From the NCBI GenBank assembly GCA_965227295.1, contig OZ245742.1, positions 2,560,001-2,624,000 of the forward strand: DNA of 64,000 nucleotides, in the 5' to 3' direction. The stretch comes from Leptonemataceae bacterium (GTDB lineage Bacteria > Spirochaetota > Leptospiria > Leptospirales > Leptonemataceae). Numbering within the stretch: position 1 is the first letter of the stretch; every line of letters begins with the position of its first letter. This document shows, in pieces, positions 30,164 to 37,982 of the stretch. Below the pieces are notes generated by a model, which saw only the letters and a program-made list of their open reading frames with translations, was not told the DNA's origin and did not search any database. The position numbers and the translations under genes are program-made.

Positions 30164-31384
30164 TCAGTCCGGCGTTTCGCTGATCACCCCGCGACCCACG
30201 GTGCGGCCGCCCTCACGGAATGCGAAGGCGAGGCCCGCCTCGATGGCCACGGCGGTTTCCAGGTCCACATCGATCAGAATCGATTCGCCCGGGAGCGCCA
30301 TGTCGATGCCTTCCGGCAACTGCACGGAGCCGGTGACGTTCGTCGTGCGGAAGTAGAACTGCGGCCGGTAACCGTTGAAGAAGGGCGTATGTCGTCCGCC
30401 TTCCTCTTTGCCCAGAACGTAAACTTCCGCTCGAAAGAACTTACGGGCCCGCACGGAACCGGGCAGGGCCACGACCTGGCCGCGCCGCAGCGAATCTTTC
30501 TTTACACCGCGGAGCAGCAGACCCACGCTCTCGCCGGCCCGGGCCGTATCGCTTTCCTCGTGAAAGCTCTCGATGGCCGTCACCGTCGTGCGCCCGGTCT
30601 CACCGAAGCCGACGATCTCCACCTCGCGCCCGCTTTGCAAACGGCCGCGTTCCACACGACCGGTCACCACGGTGCCGCGACCCGGAATCGTAAGCACGCC
30701 TTCGATGGCCATCAGAAAGTCGCGGTCCAGGTCCCGCACGGGATCCGGCACGTGAGCTTCCAGGGCTTCGAGCAAGCGCACGATCGCGGCGAAACCCAGC
30801 TCGCTTTCCGGGGCCTCGCCGGCCGCCTCACGAACGGCGAGCAACGCCGAGCCGTAGACAATGGGCGTGTCCGCGGCGAAACCGTACTGCTCGAGCAACT
30901 CACGAATCTCTTCGCTCACGAGATCGATCAATTCCTCGCGCTCGTCCGGGTGAATCGCGTCGGCCTTGTTCAGAAAGACGACGAGATTCCGCACGCCCAC
31001 CTGACGCGCTAACAGCACATGCTCGCGAGTTTGCGGCATAGAACCGTCGTCCGCGGAAACCACCACGATGGCGGCGTCGAGGGACTGAGCACCGGCGACC
31101 ATGTTCTTTACGTAGTCGGCGTGGCCCGGGCAATCGACGTGGGCGTAGATTCTACGCGCGGTTTCGTAGCGCTGATGCGATACGTTGATCGTTACGCCCT
31201 TCGCACGTTCTTCCGGCGCCGAGTCGATGTCCTCGTAACGCACGGCGCGGTTCAGGCCGCCGTAGAGTTTCGCGGTGACCTGGGTTAGAGCGGCACTCAG
31301 CGTGGTCTTGCCGTGATCCACGTGTCCGATCGTACCCACGTTCACTCGAATCTTGTTTTCGTTTTTCAGAGCTTTGATGCTCAT
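30164..31384 (-). CDS. tuf: Elongation factor Tu paralogue (divergent, stand-alone)
   Basis: [74 protein letters not shown] before ATG 31384. Confidence 0.93.
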   Translation of the reverse strand: MSIKALKNENKIRVNVGTIGHVDHGKTTLSAALTQVTAKLYGGLNRAVRYEDIDSAPEERAKGVTINVSHQRYETARRIYAHVDCPGHADYVKNMVAGAQSLDAAIVVVSADDGSMPQTREHVLLARQVGVRNLVVFLNKADAIHPDEREELIDLVSEEIRELLEQYGFAADTPIVYGSALLAVREAAGEAPESELGFAAIVRLLEALEAHVPDPVRDLDRDFLMAIEGVLTIPGRGTVVTGRVERGRLQSGREVEIVGFGETGRTTVTAIESFHEESDTARAGESVGLLLRGVKKDSLRRGQVVALPGSVRARKFFRAEVYVLGKEEGGRHTPFFNGYRPQFYFRTTNVTGSVQLPEGIDMALPGESILIDVDLETAVAIEAGLAFAFREGGRTVGRGVISETPD

Positions 31385-31445
31385 CGTTTTCACCTCGTTA
31401 TAGTTTGATCCGCCTGAGCGGATGGCGTGGGTTGTCACGGGCACG

Positions 31446-31479
31446 AAAAAACCCCCTCGCACCGGATGGTGGAGGGGGC
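31446..31479 (-). terminator. Intrinsic terminator (attenuator) in the tuf leader
   Basis: Minus-strand RNA GCCCCCUCCACC-AUCC-GGUG-C-GAGGGGG-UUUUUU, about 60 nt upstream of the tuf ATG. Confidence 0.85.
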
Positions 31480-31536
31480 TTCGCGCAGGTACTATGACGT
31501 TATGATGCTACAAACCTACAATCGCGCAAGCCCTCC
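31471..31536 (-). promoter_or_regulatory. Antiterminator hairpin of the tuf leader
   Basis: GGAGGGCUUGCGCGA (31536-31522) pairs with UGCGCGAAGCCCCCUCC (31487-31471), sequestering the terminator 5' arm. Confidence 0.75.
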
Positions 31537-31608
31537 CCGCGGGTCGCCTTGTTCCTGTTGTTCGCCGCTTATGCCGGCGAAAATCTTGTTGAAAATTCCG
31601 GAGAACAT
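31516..31608 (-). CDS. Putative tuf leader peptide (30 aa) MFSGIFNKIFAGISGEQQEQGDPRGGLARL
   Basis: ATG 31608 to TAG 31516; last codons cover the antiterminator 5' arm; no obvious Shine-Dalgarno. Confidence 0.55.
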   Translation of the reverse strand: MFSGIFNKIFAGISGEQQEQGDPRGGLARL

Positions 31609-31622
31609 CGATTAGATTTGAC

Positions 31623-31677
31623 GAAGAAAACGCGCACCTTCGTGAAACTTTTTGTGAAAATCGTGCGCGTTCTTTTC
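31623..31677. promoter_or_regulatory. Inverted repeat between divergent genes (possible operator)
   Basis: gaagaaaacgcgcac-N25-gtgcgcgttcttttc (13/15 match); spacer carries two gtgaaa direct repeats. Confidence 0.45.
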
Positions 31678-31688
31678 GGAGTAACTGC

Positions 31689-31988
31689 ATGCTGCCGCCC
31701 ACATTCATCGCTTCGCTCATTGCCATCGGCGTTTTGCTGGTGTTGATCCTCACGTACGTTCTGGTCTCGCGGGAAGTGGAACGCCGCCGCCTCGATCGAG
31801 AGCGGGCTATCGCCGCGCAGCGTAAGAAAGAGCTCCTGGCCACCGAAGTCGACGAGCCCGCCGTGCCCGCGTCCATTTCCAAAAGCGAACACCAGGAAAT
31901 GATCGAAAACGCCCAGGCCATGGTCAAAGAAGACCCGGAGCGCGCGGCGAAACTCGTGCGTCACTGGCTCGACGACGGGGATCGGTAG
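31689..31988 (+). CDS. Small membrane protein resembling the FliF C-terminal cytoplasmic tail
   Basis: One TM helix, charged linker, then AMVKEDPERAAKLVRHWL. Confidence 0.7.
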   Translation: MLPPTFIASLIAIGVLLVLILTYVLVSREVERRRLDRERAIAAQRKKELLATEVDEPAVPASISKSEHQEMIENAQAMVKEDPERAAKLVRHWLDDGDR

Positions 31989-32281
31989 ATCGAGCACGCC
32001 CCGAATCGTGGATTAAGTAGCGGCCAGTGTACATTAAGCCTTGTATAGGTACGGCTGATTCCAGCTAACGTACGGAGGTCATGCCGGGGTCCATGGTAAG
32101 GCGGACCGGAACGGCGTCCTCGCCGCAAGAAAGGCTTCGGTAACTGAGTCACAAACCAACGTCCGGGTCGATGCGGACGATGTTAGCAAAACGAAATTCC
32201 ACAACTCCCGCTCAGCTGTAGCCAAACCCACCCCTTCACCATTGCGCAACCTACCCTGTGTGTCTCACGGCAAACGGGGCG
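31989..32281 (+). ncRNA. Unrecognised structured non-coding element, copy B
   Basis: Closing stem cgccccg (31997-32003) / cggggcg (32275-32281); hairpins gctg-attc-cagc, ggtc..gacc, cgtccg-N8-cggacg; stops in all three + frames. Confidence 0.55.
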
Positions 32282-32318
32282 AACCACAGCTCTTGAACGA
32301 CCGGAAACGTTTTATTCG

Positions 32319-32470
32319 TTCGAACACGCCCCGAATCGTGGTGTAAGTGGCGGCCAGTGTACATTAAGCCTGGTATGGGTACGGCTGGTTCCAGCTAACG
32401 TACGGAGGTCATGCCGGGGTCCATGGTAAGGCGGACCGGAACGGCGTCTTCATTGCAAGAAACGTTGCGG
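32319..32470 (+). ncRNA. Unrecognised structured non-coding element, copy C (5' half; 3' half divergent)
   Basis: 129/140 identical to copy B at a 330-nt offset; lies just upstream of the vWA gene. Confidence 0.5.
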
Positions 32471-32573
32471 TGGTTCGCGGGAGCACCCGGGTCACCCGGC
32501 CCACGCTCACATAAATCGAACAAATCTCCGCTATCCGCGGTCCAATCGAGGCAATTCACCGGAGGTTTATCTC

Positions 32574-34274
32574 ATGCAATCCAATCACTCCGCGCGGCCG
32601 TCGATCCTGGCAGGTTCCGCGCTCCTGATCCTTGCGATCTTTGCGGCGTGCAATACCGCGGATCGCAGCGGCGCTGCCGAAACCCGCCGCGATCCCACGA
32701 CGGTCATTCCGTCCCGGTCCGAGCGCGCAGAATACTTTCACGGCGACGGAGTTACGCCGCAATCTGAATATGAGGCCCCCGAACCCGCGCGCAAACAAAA
32801 CGTCCAGGACGGCCAGGCCGTACCGCCCACGGGTAGTGACGAAGGCGCCCTGCCGTTCAACACCGAGACTTACGATCGTATCTACGAAAACGACTTCCTG
32901 GGCGTACACCAGAATCCGCTCAGCACGTTTTCCATCGACGTCGACACCGCGAGCTACAGCATCACCCGGCGTTTTCTGAATCAGGGCAGCACCCCGCCGC
33001 CGGATGCCGTACGCATCGAAGAACTCATCAACTACTTCAACTACGACTACGCCGGCCCGCAGGGCGACGCCGATCCGTTCGCCGTGCACACCGAGGTTTC
33101 GGCCGCGCCCTGGAATCCGGAGCATCGTCTGTTGCACGTCGGCATCCAGGCGAAGCGTTTTGAACAAAAGGATCTGCCGCCGCGAAACCTGGTCTTCCTG
33201 CTCGATGTCTCGGGGTCCATGGATGCGTCGAACAAACTGCCGTTGCTCAAACGTTCCCTGCGCCTGCTGACGGAGCAGATGAGCGAAAAAGATCGGGTGG
33301 CCATCGTGGTCTATGCGGGCGCGAGCGGGGTGGTACTTGAACCCACGCGCGGCGATCAGCAAGAGAAGATCATGGACGCGTTCGAGAAACTTTCGGCCGG
33401 CGGATCCACGAACGGCGGCGAAGGCATTGAGCTGGCGTACAAACTGGCTCGCGCTAACTTTCACCACGAGGGCATTAACCGTGTGATCCTGGCCACCGAC
33501 GGCGACTTCAACGTCGGCACCACGAATCAGGGCGATCTCATTCGGTTGATCGAAAAGGAACGCGAGAGCGGCGTTTTTTTAACGGTGCTCGGCTTCGGCA
33601 TGGGCAATTACAAGGACAGCACCATGGAAAAGCTCGCCGACAAGGGCAACGGTAACTACGCCTACATCGACACCGTTGCCGAAGCGCGGAAGACCCTCGT
33701 AAACGAAGCCGGCGGCACACTCATTCCCGTGGCGAAAGACGTGAAGCTGCAGCTGGAATTCAACCCGCGCACCGTCGCGGCCTACCGATTGATCGGTTAC
33801 GAAAACCGCCTGCTGCGCGCCGAGGATTTCAACGATGATAAGAAAGACGCCGGCGAGATCGGCGCCGGCCACAGTGTAACGGCTCTCTACGAAATCGTTC
33901 CGGCCGGCAAAGAGGTGCCCACGGGCACGGTGGACCCGCTGAAGTACCAGACCACCGGCGATGCCACCGACGCCGCGAACTCGAACGAGCTTCTGACCGT
34001 GAAGATCCGCTACAAACAACCGCAGGGCAGCACGAGTAAGTTGCTGAGCTTCGCCGTAAGTGACGGTGAAAAAAAATTAGAGGAGACTTCGGATAACTAT
34101 CGCTTCAGCGCGGCGGTGGCGGCCTACGGCATGTTGCTCCGGGACTCGAAGCATCGCGGGGGAGCCGACTACGATCTGGTGCGCAAGCTCGCCCAGGGCA
34201 GTCTGGGCGAGGACCCGCACGGATACCGGGCCGAGTTCTTACGCCTGGCAGCCATGGCGAAAGACATGCGCTGA
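32574..34274 (+). CDS. vWA domain lipoprotein, YfbK-like
   Basis: FAA-C lipobox; STFSIDVDTASY, LLDVSGSM (MIDAS), LATDGDFNVG, YRLIGYENR. Confidence 0.92.
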   Translation: MQSNHSARPSILAGSALLILAIFAACNTADRSGAAETRRDPTTVIPSRSERAEYFHGDGVTPQSEYEAPEPARKQNVQDGQAVPPTGSDEGALPFNTETYDRIYENDFLGVHQNPLSTFSIDVDTASYSITRRFLNQGSTPPPDAVRIEELINYFNYDYAGPQGDADPFAVHTEVSAAPWNPEHRLLHVGIQAKRFEQKDLPPRNLVFLLDVSGSMDASNKLPLLKRSLRLLTEQMSEKDRVAIVVYAGASGVVLEPTRGDQQEKIMDAFEKLSAGGSTNGGEGIELAYKLARANFHHEGINRVILATDGDFNVGTTNQGDLIRLIEKERESGVFLTVLGFGMGNYKDSTMEKLADKGNGNYAYIDTVAEARKTLVNEAGGTLIPVAKDVKLQLEFNPRTVAAYRLIGYENRLLRAEDFNDDKKDAGEIGAGHSVTALYEIVPAGKEVPTGTVDPLKYQTTGDATDAANSNELLTVKIRYKQPQGSTSKLLSFAVSDGEKKLEETSDNYRFSAAVAAYGMLLRDSKHRGGADYDLVRKLAQGSLGEDPHGYRAEFLRLAAMAKDMR

Positions 34275-34295
34275 ACTCTCCCGGACAGTCGTCCG

Positions 34296-34324
34296 AAAAA
34301 GCCCCGGTTCGCCGGGGCCTTTTC
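34296..34324 (+). terminator. Intrinsic terminator (bidirectional type)
   Basis: aaaaa-gccccgg-ttcg-ccggggc-ctttt. Confidence 0.85.
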
Positions 34325-34329
34325 GTGGT

Positions 34330-34361
34330 TTTAAATTGACCGGTGAGTCGGTCAATTTAAA
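34330..34361. promoter_or_regulatory. Probable TetR operator
   Basis: Perfect 13-bp inverted repeat tttaaattgaccg-gtgagt-cggtcaatttaaa abutting the TetR GTG. Confidence 0.8.
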
Positions 34362-34988
34362 GTGAACGCAGCGAGGGAGCCGTTGCCGAAAATCGTCGAT
34401 AAAGAAGCCCGCCGCCGGGATTTCGCCCGGGCCGCACTGCTTGAGTTTCAGCAGCGCGGTTATCCGGAAACGAAGATCGAAGACATTGCTGCCCGGGCCG
34501 GAGCGGGCAAGGGGACGGTCTATGAGTACTTTCGCGACGGCAAGCGCGAGATCGTGCTGTACCTGTTCGAAGACTTCTTTGCCCGGGCCGTGGACGGAGC
34601 CCGCAACGCTCCGATCTTCGCCGACGATCCGGCCGAAGATTGCGTGGCCCTGCTCATGAGTCTTGCCAGGCCGCCGGCGGAACTGTTGCCGCTGATCCCG
34701 GTGTACTTCGAGATCTGGGCATCCCGCCGGCCCGGCAGCGCCCTCGGTCTCGACAAACGCATGGCCGGCGTCTTCGACGAACTGGCAGCCTTTGTGGCGC
34801 AGCGCCTCGGACGACGCCACGGCCCCGGCGGCCGTCCCCGGGCGGCGGATCGCAGTTTCGCCCGCATGATCGTCGCCTGCATCGACGGCATGATTCTGCA
34901 CCGGGCGATCTTTCACCGGGATCAGGATGTGTATAGTAAGGAACTACGCGGTTTCGAAGCGATGCTGCGCGCCTGGCTGGGCCTTTAG
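34362..34988 (+). CDS. TetR/AcrR family transcriptional regulator
   Basis: IEDIAARAGAGKGTVYEYF HTH; start could be TTG 34383. Confidence 0.9.
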   Translation: MNAAREPLPKIVDKEARRRDFARAALLEFQQRGYPETKIEDIAARAGAGKGTVYEYFRDGKREIVLYLFEDFFARAVDGARNAPIFADDPAEDCVALLMSLARPPAELLPLIPVYFEIWASRRPGSALGLDKRMAGVFDELAAFVAQRLGRRHGPGGRPRAADRSFARMIVACIDGMILHRAIFHRDQDVYSKELRGFEAMLRAWLGL

Positions 34989-35009
34989 TATCTACTCAAG
35001 GAATGTTAC

Positions 35010-35948
35010 ATGAGCACACGTAGAACGGAAAGCGAAGAGAACGATGCGCGCCGCATCCTGGTGGCCGGCGGCACCGGTTATCTGGGGCGGTACGTCCTGG
35101 CCGAGGCCCGGCGTCGCGGATGGTTCGTGCGCGCCCTGGTCCGGCCCGGCAAGAGCGAACAACTGAAAGACCTCGATGTCGACGAGATCGTTGAGGCCGA
35201 AGTGACCCGACCGGAAAGCCTGAAGGGAATTTGCAACGGCATGGACTGTGTGTTTTCATCGGTAGGTATCACGCGTCAGAAGGACGGACTGCGTTACATG
35301 GACGTGGACTACGGCGCGAACCGGAACCTGCTCGACGCTGCGATCCTGGCCGGGGTTCGGCGCTTTGTCTATGTTTCCGTGGCCATCAGCGAAGCCGTGC
35401 GTGAACTGCGCATTATTCAGGCGAAAGAGCGCTTTGTCCGCGAGTTGAATCACAGCAGCATCGACTCGGCGGTGATTCGCCCCTCGGGTTTCTTTTCGGA
35501 TATGAAGGACATCCTGGATATGGCACGCGGCGGGCGGGTCTATCTTTTCGGTGACGGTTCGGCCCGGGTGAATCCCATCCACGGCGCCGACCTGGCCGAG
35601 GTCTGTCTGGACGCCTGCGAGCCGCATAAACATGTCATGGGGGCGGCTCTACCCGTGCACGAAGAGATTCCGGTAGGCGGTCCGCAGGTGCTGTCGCAAA
35701 ACGAAATCGCCGCCGCCGCGTTTCATGCCCTGCGCCTGGACCAGGGTTCGTCGGCGGGGCGGGTGACGCATCTGCCGGCCTGGAGTGCTGCGGCGATGGT
35801 GGCGGTACTCAAACGACTGCCCGAGCGGCTGGCGGGGGCCCTCGAGTTTATCCTGGCCGCCATGACGGCGGACCTGGTGGTGCCGGCCTACGGAAAGCGG
35901 AAGCTCGCGGATTTTTACGGCGAGCAGGCTCAGCCCTTCAACTGTTGA
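35010..35948 (+). CDS. NAD(P)-binding SDR/NmrA-like oxidoreductase
   Basis: VAGGTGYLG, IRPSGFF, NPIHGADLA. Confidence 0.9.
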   Translation: MSTRRTESEENDARRILVAGGTGYLGRYVLAEARRRGWFVRALVRPGKSEQLKDLDVDEIVEAEVTRPESLKGICNGMDCVFSSVGITRQKDGLRYMDVDYGANRNLLDAAILAGVRRFVYVSVAISEAVRELRIIQAKERFVRELNHSSIDSAVIRPSGFFSDMKDILDMARGGRVYLFGDGSARVNPIHGADLAEVCLDACEPHKHVMGAALPVHEEIPVGGPQVLSQNEIAAAAFHALRLDQGSSAGRVTHLPAWSAAAMVAVLKRLPERLAGALEFILAAMTADLVVPAYGKRKLADFYGEQAQPFNC

Positions 35949-36268
35949 ATGGCCTCTTCTTCGGTTTCGCAGACTTCGAAGAAGCCGTCCAGTTTCGTGA
36001 GTTGCAGCACGTCCCGCACGATGTCATTGATTTCCACCAGGCGGAAGCCGTAACCGTTCTTCTCTAATTCTTTGCGAATGGAGATCAGCGCGCCCAGGCA
36101 GGAGGAGTCGATGTACTGAATGGCGGACATGTTCAGGATCATGCTCTTGTTCTCCCCGAACAGGCCTTCCAGAACCTTCTTGAGCTTCGGCGTTTCAGTA
36201 ATGCCCACCCGGCCCTTGATTTCGACGATCAGCACGTCGCCCTTGCGTTTGACTTTCGTATCTACCAT
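35930..36268 (-). CDS. STAS domain anti-sigma-factor antagonist
   Basis: YIDSSCLG, LTKLD.FF. Confidence 0.9.
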   Translation of the reverse strand: MVDTKVKRKGDVLIVEIKGRVGITETPKLKKVLEGLFGENKSMILNMSAIQYIDSSCLGALISIRKELEKNGYGFRLVEINDIVRDVLQLTKLDGFFEVCETEEEAIQQLKG

Positions 36269-36313
36269 AATCGCTGCGCTTCTTGCTGAAGAATCGCGCG
36301 GCGTGTTCTGCGG

Positions 36314-37189
36314 TCAAGCCGATGTTGGGGCACGCAGGTCTTCGAGAAAGGCTCCCGTTTGCATGGCCAGCTCCCCGGGCTGCTCCTCCGGGACGAAGTG
36401 GCCGGAGTCCACCCGTACCATCCGTACGTCCTGGAAACATTCCTCAAAGCCGTGGAAGTACTCGGGAATGATCGTGTTGTCCTTCTCCCCGTAGACGATG
36501 AGCGTGCGGACCGGGTTCCGCATGCCGGCGAACTTGCGCCAGCGCTTCGTATCGAAGGGGAGGGTACGATAATAATTGGCCGCCGTTTCCGGGGTATGCG
36601 GGCGGGAGTAGTCTTCGATGTAGGCCTGGACGTGGTCCTCGGGGATCGGCCGGGAGGTCTTCGAAGTGACGAGGAAGGTCTTGAGCCAGACGTCCTCGCG
36701 CCCGGTGATCAGGCCCTCGGCCAGGCCGGGGACCTGCTGAAAGGTCTGGTACCAGCTCATGTCCATGCGGCTTTCGAACATGGCTCGCCGGGCGTGCTCG
36801 TAGCCGGTCCAGTTGTTGATGATGGGAATGTTCGAAAGAACCAGGCGCCGCACCCGTTCCGGCACCAGGAAACACAGCTCCTGGGCCACGGTGCCGCCCC
36901 AGTCGTGGCCGGCCAGGGCGAAGTCGGCGTCGCCCAGCTCAAGCGTGCTCAGGATTTCCAGGATATCCCGGGCCAGTTCCTGTTTGCGGTACAGCTTCCA
37001 GTTGCGCGTGCGTTCGCTTTTGCCGAGCCCGCGCAGGTCCGGCCGGATGCAGCGCAGGCCCGGGCCCAACTGCGCAACAACATCTTCCCAGCATAACGAC
37101 GACTCCGGCCAGCCGTGCAACAACACGAGCGGAAAGCCGGAACCCGAGTCCCGCACAAAGAATGTCCCGCGGCCGGTGTGAAGATCCAT
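36314..37189 (-). CDS. Alpha/beta hydrolase (epoxide hydrolase-like)
   Basis: LLHGWPE, PDLRG.G.S, GHDWGG, GHF..EE. Confidence 0.9.
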   Translation of the reverse strand: MDLHTGRGTFFVRDSGSGFPLVLLHGWPESSLCWEDVVAQLGPGLRCIRPDLRGLGKSERTRNWKLYRKQELARDILEILSTLELGDADFALAGHDWGGTVAQELCFLVPERVRRLVLSNIPIINNWTGYEHARRAMFESRMDMSWYQTFQQVPGLAEGLITGREDVWLKTFLVTSKTSRPIPEDHVQAYIEDYSRPHTPETAANYYRTLPFDTKRWRKFAGMRNPVRTLIVYGEKDNTIIPEYFHGFEECFQDVRMVRVDSGHFVPEEQPGELAMQTGAFLEDLRAPTSA

Positions 37190-37291
37190 GAACGTCCCGG
37201 GAGAAAGAGGAGGGAATCTTAAGAATCAGCAAGAATTTTTTAACCGGAAAAAATCCTCCATTTTCCCTGGCCCGAGCCTGCGGGTCCGGTC

Positions 37292-37869
37292 TTACATGCC
37301 GTGCTCTTGCAACTTAAGCAGGGCCGCGGCCGCCGCTTTCCCGGAGAGCGCGGCGCCTTCCACTCGTGCTTCGCCGAAAGCGTCCCCGGTAAAAACGAGG
37401 CTCCCCGCGTCCTGTCCCGCACCGGCCTGCGCGACGAAGCAACGCTCCGGGTGGAGCAGCGCCGGCCGGCTGTACCGCCAGCGATGGACCTGGAAATCGC
37501 TGGCGGTTAAGTGGATCTTACCGGCATCTAAGAGCTGAAGACTCCGGGGAACAGGCGGTGTGAGCAGCAGCGTTTTGCCGGTGTGGATGTCGCCGGTTTC
37601 AGTGATTGCTTCCCGGTGATTCTGTTCGTGCCGCACGAGGCGCACACGGCAATGACAGCGCACGTCGAGTCCGTCGGCCAGATGCAGGGCGATGTGATGC
37701 ATGCCTGATTTTCCGCGATAGCGCTGATGTCCGTCCTGGCCGGGTTCCCGCGGAACGGTGGTAAAAGGTGTCCTCGCTCGAGCAGCAGGGTCGAGCGCCC
37801 CCGGTGTCGGAGTTCGTTCACCGCGATCAAGCCTGCGACACCGGCTCCGATAATCAGGACATCCACCAT
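37292..37869 (-). pseudogene. Renalase-like FAD-dependent oxidoreductase remnant with internal deletions and a frameshift
   Basis: IIGAGVAGL...LLER in one frame; HLADGLDV, LLTPPVP, HRWRYSRP, GDAF...RVEGA.LSG in another; only 578 nt. Confidence 0.8.
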
Positions 37870-37982
37870 TTCGTTGTCACAGTTTCATCGATTCCCTGTT
37901 GGAACGATAAAATTTCTGTTGGAAGTGCGGCGGAGTACTTGCCGGATTGCGCATCGCGTATTTTGATAAAAAGCGTCCAATC

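Noticed and set aside
30164..31384. EF-Tu paralogue as SelB
   Set aside because: About 406 aa, no C-terminal winged-helix extension, and EF-Tu-specific domain 3 motifs are present
31961..32152. Minus-strand ORFs across the repeats sharing RRSGPPYH.PRHDLR
   Set aside because: Similarity follows from DNA identity; mismatches show no third-position bias and indels break the frame
32180..32225. Element as tmRNA or tRNA (CAACTCCCGC resembles a T-arm)
   Set aside because: No GGTTC before it, no acceptor stem or CCA, and no tag reading frame conserved between copies
31989..32281. Non-coding element as a c-di-AMP (ydaO) riboswitch
   Set aside because: GCTGATTCC...GTACGGAGG and CAGCTAAC resemble ydaO motifs, but the order is wrong, copy A lacks CAGCTAAC, and A lies between convergent genes; a cmscan would settle it
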